From contig CAXHJY010001680.1 of NCBI GenBank assembly GCA_964016885.1, positions 1 through 39,207 on the forward strand: a stretch of 39,207 nucleotides of DNA, read 5' to 3'. The notes beneath the pieces are model-generated. The model worked only from the letters and a program-made list of their open reading frames with translations. It did no database searches and was not told the origin of the DNA. The stretch's first letter is position 1. Every line of letters starts with the position of its first letter. Shown here one piece after another: positions 15,491-25,408 of this stretch. The DNA comes from Eledone cirrhosa (Eukaryota). A program made the translations under genes and the position numbers.

Positions 15491-16135
15491 CTGTTTCCCA
15501 TCTACTTTGCTATGCTACTGACATATGTCTTCCAAGACTTCGAAATCAGTGTATACTTATGATTTAGAACCTCTAGCAATGTCTTTAATCTACGACTCTA
15601 ATACAGATTTTGTGGCTCACACAGCATATCACATGCATTTAATAATGAACACCTTATCCAATGCTTTTAGCATAAATATTAGCATTAAAAAAAAGACAAA
15701 TGACATGTACACTTTCCCAGTGGTGGAAGTGTATGTGGAGCCAGATATTTCTGTGGGAAGAAAAAGACATTGCCTTCAAAAATCCAGCAGGAATTGAGGT
15801 GCAATATTATTAGACGATTTTTTTTCAATCAAGAGCTGGATTTCTAAAATCACACGAGCTTTGGAAAAATCGAGCTACTTGTGGGTCACTTCTACCACCA
15901 CACCCTCCACAGTACATCTTCAATGAATGTGGCTTAATTTGCAAGTTAGCTAGTGGACTAACAAGACACGGTAGAATGCACACCCAGTTAGTAATGCAAG
16001 GAGACAGAAAGTTCAAGTGTCACATCTGTGAACGTGATTGCAAAACAAAAGATGGTCTGAAAAGTCACCTACGAGCACATGATCGGAATGGCTTAATGAA
16101 GTGATGGCACTCTTCTGACAATAAGTAGCAACCAA
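15484..16135 (+). pseudogene. Internally deleted RTE LINE: RT pieces, C2H2 fingers and 3' tail
   Basis: LFPIYFAMLL..FRTSSNVFNLR..DFVAHT..EPDISV aligns with the RT at 20160-20480; then ECGLICKLASGLTRHGRMH and CHICERDCKTKDGLKSHLRAH; stop at 16102-16104. Confidence 0.85.
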
Positions 16136-16854
16136 CATATATATAATCATACGTATGTACGTACGTACGTACGTTTGTGTCTGAGTGTGCATGTACTGCC
16201 AAGCTCAGTAAAATCTCTATGTAAGTATGTATTCTATTGTCTTCATATCTATAGGTGTGTTTCAGTATATCCATGTATGTGTGTTTGTGACAGAGAGAAA
16301 ACTGTAGGAGACAGAGCTTGCCTCTGTGTATGTATGTGTGTGTGTGAATGTATATACATGTGTTTGGGTGTGTGCGTTCTTTTATGTATACATGTGGATG
16401 TGTGTGTGTGCATGGCTACTTTGTATATGTATGCTTATATATGCGTGTTTTTCTCTGTGTATGTATATGTATGTTCATGTGTTTGTGGGCATGCTTGTAT
16501 ATGTCCATGTGTGTGTGTTTTGACGCGGCGCCTAGGGTTAAATATCCAATTAATTTAGAAAGATTCTATGAACTAGAAAATAAGCTTCCAATGTCTGTCT
16601 GTCTAGGATATCTTGTAAATTTCTTCTTTTCTAATGTCACACACACTTTGTAGAATATCATCTATGATGCATTGTTGAATGTTACGAGATAATATCTCAT
16701 ATAAGCTATCATGTAATGCTATATAAGATATTATTCTACTATTGATGAAGATATAATTAACTATTGTATGATATATTGTAAGTTATTATATTGTCTACTG
16801 TTGACTTTAGAGATTATTATGGAATATTATATGATATGATATGAACTATTGTAG

Positions 16855-16970
16855 TTAGTTGAGTTGTTAGAGCGTTGGATATTCGTTTTTGGTGTCTGCC
16901 TTTTGATTCAAATCACGACGAGTCAGCTTTACATTTCATCATTTTGATGTCGATAAATAAAGTATCAATC
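16855..16970 (+). mobile_element. Old SINE S1
   Basis: GATTCAAATC..CAGCTTTACATTTCATC..GTCGATAAATAAAGTA. Confidence 0.55.
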
Positions 16971-17926
16971 CTGATGCTGATGTAATTTCTTTCCTTCTAG
17001 CTGTCAGACCATGGATGTTCCGCTGGATCAAGCGATGGAAGGATCCAGAGGGTGTCTGTAGTTGCTAGCGGCTACATGGATATCTAAAACCCTTAGCGAA
17101 AGTATGGTACATAAAGATCTTAGCGACTACATGGTACATACAACCAAGTCATATCTGACTGTGATTGAGGACTGTAGTTTTAGTTTTATGACTAGGGTAT
17201 AAGAAATTGACTTTATTATAAGATACTAAAGACTGGTATAAAATATATTAAGGGCTTTTATATAAGATGTAGTATATAAGAGGCGGTAAACTAACACAGT
17301 CGTTAGGAGGTTGGATTAAATGCATCTGTGTCTGATCCAGCTCACTACGCTGGATAAGTTATTCCTGTCCCAACTTTTGCTCACACCAACAAGATGTCAC
17401 AAGTGTTTAGTAACCACACAAATACCATCCACCTGCAGTGGAAAAATCCCTCCTTTCAGACCATGACATGGTTGTCCAGCTGCTAAAACATAATTACCTC
17501 TCTCCAACCGACCCATTTGATAAGATAAATGTTTATATTGCAAACTGGGTGCAATCATTCACGATCTTTCACACACACCTCCACCAACATTAAAACATCT
17601 TGGCAGATATTTGCAGACACCGTTACAAATATATGTTCAAGACATACCCCAAAACGATATGTACACATATTTTAATGTACACAAAGGGATCACATAACTT
17701 CTTTAGAATGTGTTTTGTGACAATGAACGCATATGTAATGAGATTCGAGACCCGAATATTATGATCGAATATTGAGCTGATCGATATCGAAACAATTGTT
17801 ATTTGCAATGAAGTTCATTTGTGGTTCAAATTTGACTTTGTTCCTGCTTACTTTAATATAATATTATATATATATATATATATAAAATATAATATAAGAT
17901 CAAAAGATGGTTAAAAGAGTTCCAAG

Positions 17927-17997
17927 TATTTTATTATGGGCATTTCAAAAACAAATATCATCATGGGATGATATCTGCGTTCTCATCAGATAAAATA
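17927..17997 (-). ncRNA. Type I minimal hammerhead ribozyme
   Basis: Minus: TATTTTAT-CTGATGA-GAACGCAGATATCATC ccat GATGATATTTGTTTTT-GAAA-TGCCCA-TA-ATAAAATA. Confidence 0.85.
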
Positions 17998-18105
17998 GGG
18001 ATACATGATATGAAGCTTAAAAAACACTTAAAAAACACTTATCAATATGGTGATTTAAAACTTCACTATTCACAAGTGTTTTTTAAGCTTCATATCATGT
18101 ATCCT

Positions 18106-18176
18106 TATTTTATCTGATGAGAACGCAGATATCATCCCATGATGATATTTGTTTTTGAAATGCGCATAATATAATA
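18106..18176 (+). ncRNA. Type I minimal hammerhead ribozyme
   Basis: TATTTTAT-CTGATGA(18114-18120)-long helix II-GAAA(18157-18160)-TGCGCA-TA-ATATAATA; predicted cleavage after 18168. Confidence 0.88.
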
Positions 18177-18439
18177 CCATATATTAACCATCTTTTGATG
18201 TTATATTATTTATAGTCCAGTCCTACAAACTGTAGAGTGCTACTTATCCGATATTTGCATTGCTTTATTGTGCTACAATAAAACTCACCTCCTATATTTA
18301 TATATATATATATATGTGTGTGTGTGTTCGGAGTCCCGAATTTTTCATATATATATATATATATATGAAATATTCGTATTACCCACTCTACTACCCCTGG
18401 TGAGTAATGTTCTAATAGGTTTTTACTGCATCTATTCTG

Positions 18440-18474
<35 letters not shown>

Positions 18475-18477
<3 letters not shown>

Positions 18478-18883
18478 TGGCTGCCAACTCGTTTTCGAGT
18501 ACGGCCACTACTTTATATCCATGTAGGAGAACCCCTACCGATACGCTGAACGAGTGTGACTTTTTAGTCCAGCCAGCGACTTGAAAACTCTGGTACAAAC
18601 ACTACACCTGTGACAATTACTGACACATAGTGCTGGGCCCATGGTACCATGTGACAAGTGCAGAGAGATCTCCAGATACAAATCAATGCCTGTGCCGTGA
18701 AGCTTTTATAGTGAGCAAAGGCACTGCACAAAGCCAGTCCCACTGTCTTAACCAAGATGATATTTACCAAAAAGAAGAACAAGTCAACATCATTGGATAC
18801 CATCAGAGCTGCAGGTGTTATATCAGAGTTTCCCTTCTCCTAGAATTCTGCCTTGACAAAGGCTAAGGGGTAATCTCTCCCGG
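18475..18883 (-). mobile_element. Non-autonomous RTE-related element, copy 2
   Basis: Near-identical to 463-874, same (TA)n-joined 3' end. Confidence 0.75.
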
Positions 18884-18938
18884 ATGTGTGTGTGTGTGTG
18901 TGTACACACACACACACAGACAGACAGACAGACAGACA

Positions 18939-19035
<97 letters not shown>

Positions 19036-19135
19036 TAATAATAACAATAACAATAACGACAACAACAATAATAATAATATACATATACATATATATATAT
19101 ATACACACATAAGCATATCTACACACACACACGAT
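18884..19135. repeat. Compound microsatellite (TG, CAGA, CA, AAT/AAC, TA)
   Basis: Visible directly. Confidence 0.95.
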
Positions 19136-19140
19136 AGCAA

Positions 19141-20674
19141 CTAACAGTGCTGCGATCGAATGTGGCTTTTTAGCCCAGCCAATGATCTAAAATGTCTTGC
19201 ACAGAGTCGGCAACCAAAACATTTACTGGGAATAGTCGGCTGTGGTTGGAGTTCGTGTACTTTTGCATGTCGCTTGAGCCCTCCTGCTGATGTACATTCT
19301 CTACCACATGTTTGGCAAGCATGATGAGTAGCATCTCCAACAGCAGCCTGGTAGTCAATCACTGGTCTTACTTTATGACTGCGAAGATGACTTTCGAGTC
19401 CAGCTTTGCTTAGGCAGAGTCTCGCACATACGCTGCATGTCAGCACCATAGGAGGACCCTCGCCGTCTGGAAGTGCAACAGCAATGCCCTTCCTCACATC
19501 CCACTTTACTTTCTCGTATGCGATTCGAGATGCCTCAAAGGCAACTTTTCCCTCAGATACAGTCTTTCTCCATTTATTACGATCAGCAGCAATATTCTCC
19601 CATGTATCAGCAGAGATGTTAGCGTCTTTCAGAGAGGCTTTCAAGGAATCCTTATACCTCTTTTTGGTTTATGTGGCGGTCGTATTCCTTTAACCAACTC
19701 TCCATAAAAGTTGTTTTGGTATTCTAGAATCCTTCATCCTGGCAAGGTGACCACTCCAACGGAGTCGTTGCTTAAGCACAAGAGCTTCTATACTGTCACG
19801 CATAGAGCCTTCCAAAATCTCGACATCACTGATGTGGTCCCTCCAGTGAACGCCATGGATCCGTCTGAGACACATCTGATGGAAACGCTCCAATTGCTTA
19901 AGGTGGTGTCGATATGTGACCCAGGTCTCGCAGGCATAAAGAAGACAAGAGAGCACACATGCCCTGTACACCTTTACCTTTGTCCTCCTGCATATATCTC
20001 GCCGACCCCAGAATCACCTTTCTAGCTTTCCGAAAGCATCACTTGCTTTCCTAATCCTAAGTGAGATTTCACTGTCAAGGTTGCTGTATCGATTGACAGT
20101 GCTTCCCAGGTAGACAAACTGATCAACCACTCCAAGTCGTCTGCCATACACAGATGTTTGGTTCAGTGTACTGCTTACCAGGGGCAGGTTGGTACATGAC
20201 GACGATTTTCTTGAGACTTACAGTCAGACCTAGGGCAGTGCAAGCGTCAGAAAATGTATTCAAAATGTGCTGCATATCACTCTCTGTGTGCGCTACAAGA
20301 TCGCAATCATCTGCATACAAGAGGTCTCTTATGATTGATGTAAATACTTTTGTCTTCGCAGCAAAGCGCCTGATGTTAAATATGCTGCCTGAGGTTCGAT
20401 ATCGGATGTAAACACCATGCTCGCAATTCCTGAATGCAATACAGAAAACCATTGCAAAGTATATGGCAAACAGGGTCGGTGCTGGAATATCCCCCTGTTT
20501 CACTCCATTTTTTACTGAGATAGGCTCCGACATGTTACCCCCGACATTAACCCAAGCCTTCATGTCGTCATGGAAAGACCTAACTAAAGCAAGGAACTTA
20601 TCAGGGCAACCAAGTTTCTGGAGAACCTTCCATAATGCATCTCTGTTAACAGTATCGAAAGCTTTTGTCAGGCC
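19141..20674 (-). pseudogene. RTE/BovB-clade LINE, 5'-truncated: RT through three C-terminal C2H2 zinc fingers
   Basis: LTKAFDTV, GVKQG, LLYADD, FVYLGS, LLYACETW and RLRWSGH motifs; frameshifts near 20148, 19706 and 19663; in-frame TGA near 20015. Confidence 0.95.
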
Positions 20675-20708
<34 letters not shown>

Positions 20709-20713
<5 letters not shown>

Positions 20714-20897
20714 AGTAAGTAAGACCCCGACGGCTGAGCTCAAGCCGTTTCGACGGCTAATTCACAGAATTAGCCGTCGAAACGGCTTGAGCTCAGCCGT
20801 CGGGGTCTTACTTACTCCTATTACCCACTCTACTACCCTAAGTATTGAGTACTTTGGTGCGTTATGGTCCACCTGGTTCCTTACCACTTTTCCTTCG

Positions 20898-20899
<2 letters not shown>
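20709..20899 (+). mobile_element. Fold-back element, family D, copy 1: perfect 55-bp-arm palindrome plus tail
   Basis: Arms 20709-20763 and 20767-20821, loop ACA; tail homologous to 32725-32801; embedded in (TA)n. Confidence 0.9.
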
Positions 20900-20945
<46 letters not shown>

Positions 20946-21007
20946 CAGTGTGTATCTGGTTGATGGCTGAGAGAAAGGAGTATTCAATATCGAAATAGAG
21001 TTTTACA

Positions 21008-21053
21008 CTTCATTTTTTTATTTGTATTGCAAGATACAAATAAAAAAATGAAG
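21008..21053. repeat. 20-bp-arm hairpin inside a dispersed repeat (20970-21270)
   Basis: CTTCATTTTTTTATTTGTAT tgcaag ATACAAATAAAAAAATGAAG; flanks similar to 27785-27935 and 28450-28493. Confidence 0.75.
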
Positions 21054-22419
21054 CGTGTGTTGAAACAAATATTGTTATACTTTGGGAGGGTCATGCTGCC
21101 AATAAAAACACACGCATCTGTTGGTTTTCACTTCAATTTATAATACATTTTTGGTTGATTGGTTGGTTCGATAACTGGATGGTTGTTTATATATTGTCAA
21201 AGCTCTTTCGTCACACATTCTGTGACCTCGTCACTGACTAGGTTTTTATTTCGTGTCTCTCCTTTGTTGTCCTACACCATCTTGTTTTTGTTTTTGATTA
21301 TATAATCTTCGCTGTCACAATTTATTTATGTATTTATCTATCTATCAATAAGCCTATTGATCTGTCTTGTTGTCTATCGAATCATGTATCTATCAATCTA
21401 TCAGTTTTCCTGACAACATATCTTTGACGCTTTCATTCATTCATTCTCTCTCACTGTTCTCGCTGTCACTGTTCCCACATCTACTCCTACCCCACCACCT
21501 ACCACACACACAAATACCCTCCTGTCCCACCCACCCCCAACACATTCATACATAAACTGACTCCCAACCCTTCAAGACATTAACCCCACACTAAATATGT
21601 AGTTTCCCTTACCCTTTCTTTCTGGTGGGTGTCCTCGCTAGGGAGGTAATAGAAAACCTACATTCTAGTTCCCCCGCCACATACAACACCTACTTCCTCT
21701 TTCAACATTCGCTCAACTCCCTCACCCCACCCCCACATACACACACGTGTGTAACACACTAATACTTCCTCCAGTTTGTCTATCTGACCGACTAACCTCA
21801 CTTTCTTTTCCTTTACACAAGGAACTTCCCACTCCTACCACCACCACCACTGCTACCACCACCACTGCCACCACCACCAACACCATTACCATTCACTACT
21901 ACAAATAGTTTCTTATTAATAGACTAGTGCATTTCCGTTTCTCTCTCTCTCTCCCCTCATCTTTCACACACATTCTCGCTTTGTTTATATATATATATTT
22001 ATGTGTTTGTGTGTGTGTTTGTGTGTGTGAGGCATGCAAGAACTGCTACTGCGTCCCATTAGGCCCTAGCGATAGAACGAGAAGGATCGCTACCCACTGA
22101 CGAAATTCTGTGTTGATCTTGGCCGCGTCCATTCATTCCAGACAATTCTGGATTTAATGCGTGGCTTTTGTGTACTGGTTGCAATTATTGCACCGTAGTG
22201 CACAGGTCAGGGAGTAGAAACCAACGATTTCGTTTGGTCCGGGCTAAACTGTGTACACCCACACATAATCCCGAACTTACCACTAATAACTGAATGTGTT
22301 CGCTCTGAATCACGGTCTGGCGCTTCGGAAGTCCCGTGAATTCATTGAGCTAGTGAGAAAGTTCAACGTACTAGTACAAACTCAGTTTGTCCAGTTCGAT
22401 ACACTTACATATATATATA

Positions 22420-22570
22420 TATTACAGGCACAACTTATTTTTGCCAGTTGAATGGACTGGAGCAACGTGAAATAAAATGTCTTGCTCAACGACACAACGC
22501 GCCGCCAGGAAACGAACTCACGACCTTACGATTGTGAACCGAATACCCTAACCACAAATCCACGCGTCTC
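22420..22570 (-). mobile_element. tRNA-derived SINE S2 (CORE-like), 5' part
   Basis: Minus: GTGGTTAGGGTATTCGG..GTGAGTTCGTTTCC..GTGTCGTTGAGCAAGACATTTTATTTCACGTTGCTCCAGTCC. Confidence 0.85.
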
Positions 22571-22583
22571 CAAATTATTTCAG

Positions 22584-23098
22584 CCTGGGGTTGATTTAAT
22601 CGACTTTCTCCTTGCCTTCAAATTGATGGCCTTGTGCCAAAACTAGAAACGATTATTATTACAGAGCGGGGAATTGGTAGAATCGGCAGAGCGACGGACA
22701 ACATGTTTTGCGACATATAGTTACGGCTCTTTACTTTCTAATCTTAAATCCTGTCGAGGTTAGCTTTGCCTGTCATACTTTACGGAGTCGATAAAATAAA
22801 GTACCAGTCACGCACTGGAGAAGATTTAATCGACTTTTCCCTATTCCAAAATGGTTGACGTTGAGCGTAAATCAGAAATCATTATTATTGCACGGGATTA
22901 TATAACGGTGGATTAGCAGTATCGGTAGAGAGTCGGATGCTATGCTTTGACGCATAGAGTTACGGCCCTTGCCATTCTGAGTTCAAATCCAGCCGAGATT
23001 AACTTTGCCTTTCATCCTTACGGGGTCGATAAAATAAAGTACCAGTAATGCACTGGGTAATTGCTGGCCTTGTGCCAAAAGTAGAAACAATTATTATT
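22584..23098 (+). mobile_element. Three head-to-tail S1 SINEs (22584-22660, 22665-22889, 22905-23098)
   Basis: Each ends in AGAAA..(ATT)n; the last is flanked by ATTATTATTGCACG at 22881-22894 and 23090-23103. Confidence 0.85.
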
Positions 23099-23099
23099 G

Positions 23100-23750
23100 C
23101 ACGAGAATATGTATGCCATAGAGCCTGACTATGCTTCTTCTCCACTCTTCCCAGTTTAAAAGCGAGTGTTCTGAGTTTATTAACCTTTTTTGTTCGCAAC
23201 GTTCTCTATATGCTTGATGTAGCTTTTTCTTGTGCAGCCTCGCTTGTCCTTGACGTTCTCAAGATTGTGGAAAGCAAATTGTGATGCTGGACTGTTGTTT
23301 GCTCTTAGCTGTCGTGTGTGATAATTTTGTTAACTATTTGTTGAATATCTTCATTTTTGATGTCGTTAGTTTAACACCGAGAATGTGTCTGTAGCAGGTG
23401 GAACCTAAAGAGTTCAGCATATTTGCTATGCGTTTGGTAACTGACTATGACATAAAACAATACAGGATGAGAAAGTCAAAGACTTGTAGTTTTAAATTTA
23501 GTGTAATGCTGGGTGACCTACATATGTTTTGAAGTCATCAAACCAAGAGCTGATTCTGGAATCAAGATATCAAATGGCTTCAATGATCTGGCTTTTAGAC
23601 ATTTCAATGAGACTTATGTTGATGTTAAGGCTTAGGAGATTTGTTTCGGTAAAGTTGATATTAAGTCCAACCCGTTAGGCCTTCTGTTCTGTTCTATGAA
23701 CGTGTTGGGTATCTTCTACAGAGGAGTCCAACTGAGCAATATCATCTGCC
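23100..23750 (-). pseudogene. Heavily decayed RTE-like LINE RT/C-terminal fragment
   Basis: ADDIAQL..RVGLNIN..CYRHILGVK..KRGCTRKSYIKHIEN..EEWRRSIV with stops and shifts. Confidence 0.7.
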
Positions 23751-24122
23751 TTTAGTCCGTACTCTGTATTTGCCAAAACATATCATGTACAACTTCTAAA
23801 ATCCATCGCCCCGTATAACATCATCACCTGATATTTAGTGCTTTTGGCAGACCCAAATTATGTTGTAAACATTCGGACCTGGATTCCGGTCTAAAGATAA
23901 TTCCTTCCATTCCTTCCACCAGTATGTGTGTATTTTAAGCTAGCTCACGTGCAGATATATGCATTCTTTGACTTTTATCGATTGGCTCTTTCTCTTTAAT
24001 AGATTAGTATTTTATTTAATTGTAATTGTAATAACATTCGAGTATATATTACATTTATTTGTAAGCTGGGCTTCACGATATTCGACATCACATCATCTTG
24101 TGGAAAAGCTTGAGGTTTTAGG

Positions 24123-24275
24123 TTAAGGGTGCACGGGAGAGGATGGAGCAAAATCTATAACGTAATGGGGTTTTAAGGGTGCACGGGAGAGGATGGAGCA
24201 ACATCTATAACGTAATGGGGTTTTAAGGGTACACGGGAGAGGATGGAGCAAAATCTATAACGTAATGGGGTTTTA
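24123..24275. repeat. Minisatellite, 3 x 50 bp
   Basis: Unit TTAAGGGTGCACGGGAGAGGATGGAGCAAAATCTATAACGTAATGGGGTT starting at 24123, 24173 and 24223. Confidence 0.95.
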
Positions 24276-24844
24276 GTTGCTGCAGGTAATAATGCATATT
24301 TAATGTTTATTCTTATAGAGAAACTGTATCAGAATAGACTTGCATGTACCTGTATGTACCTGTATAGAAGTGCCCCAGTATGTCAGTACGTGTATGAATG
24401 TGAGCAATTGTATATATATATTCATTTGTTTACTTATGTATGCGTCTTTGTATGTGGGTGTGTGTGTGTGTGGTGTTTGTTCTAGTACGTGAGTGTGCTT
24501 ATGGTTATGTGTATGTATTATAATTGGTAAAATCTCCTCTTCCCCTTCTCTCTGTGCGTCACTGGTTCCTCTCTTTTCCAGTCTCACCTTTCCTCTCCTG
24601 TTACTTCTACCACTCCTACTACAACTCCTCCCTTCCCCTTGTCTCACGCCTGATTGATGGATGAAAATGATCCAATACCTGCTGCTAGGAGACTGGACTG
24701 TTGTCATTAGCAACAGACAAAATCTTGTCACACATGATGGGAGATGTAATTTACACATACTTGCACTCCGTTGCTCTCTGTATTTTCATGACCACAATGT
24801 GCTGTATACACAACATAAACACATTTCATATATATATCATTGTC

Positions 24845-25030
24845 ATCCGGTAGAGCGTCGGACGCCATGCTTTCCAGCATAGTTACGTCCCTTTACGATG
24901 TGAGTTCAAATCCCGCCGAGATTGACTTTGCCTTTCATCCTTACGGGGTCGATAAAATAAAGTACCAGTAATGCACTGGTTAATTGCTGGCCTTGTGCCT
25001 AAAGTAGAAACAATTATCATCATCATCATA
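24845..25030 (+). mobile_element. SINE S1 (short subfamily)
   Basis: GGTAGAGCGTCGGAC..GAGTTCAAATCCCGCCGAG..GCCTTTCATCC..tail (ATC)n. Confidence 0.9.
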
Positions 25031-25304
25031 TTATACACATATGTATATAATAAATACATATATACACATGCGCACATATACATATACACACATACATATA
25101 AATATTATAAAGTGAAGTGACAGGAAGCCAAATATGTTGAATTTCCTTGATTTTTATTTCTGCAAACACTATACGCATTTCAGTGACCGGGTTGCGTAAG
25201 AACTTTTTACTTTTTCCTCTCTAAGACCCCAATACATCATACTTTCCATTAATTAAACACCCCTTCACTTATTTACCCTTGGGATACATTCCCTATATAA
25301 TATA

Positions 25305-25408
25305 TAATTGTTCCTACTATTGGCACAAGGCCAGCAATTACCCAGTACATTACTGGTACTTTATTTTATCGACCCCGTAAGGATGAAAGGCAAAGTGAAC
25401 CTCGGCGA
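25305..25408 (-). mobile_element. SINE S1, 5'-truncated
   Basis: Matches the 3' half of the other S1 copies. Confidence 0.88.

Larger units (their letters stand above)
17889..18293 (+). mobile_element. Fold-back hammerhead element, family A (Penelope pseudo-LTR-like)
   Basis: Inverted arms 17889-18029 and 18074-18209, each holding a hammerhead, plus an ~85 bp unpaired tail; TA runs on both sides. Confidence 0.85.

Noticed and set aside
14208-16541. piggyBac-like TTAACCCT...AGGGTTAA termini
   Set aside because: Inverted match is only 8 bp, the motif recurs elsewhere (~8105, 13801), and there is no transposase relic
19141-19644. Host C2H2 transcription factor gene
   Set aside because: Continuous with the LINE reverse transcriptase reading frame
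24123-24275. CRISPR-like array
   Set aside because: Contiguous tandem units without spacers; eukaryotic context
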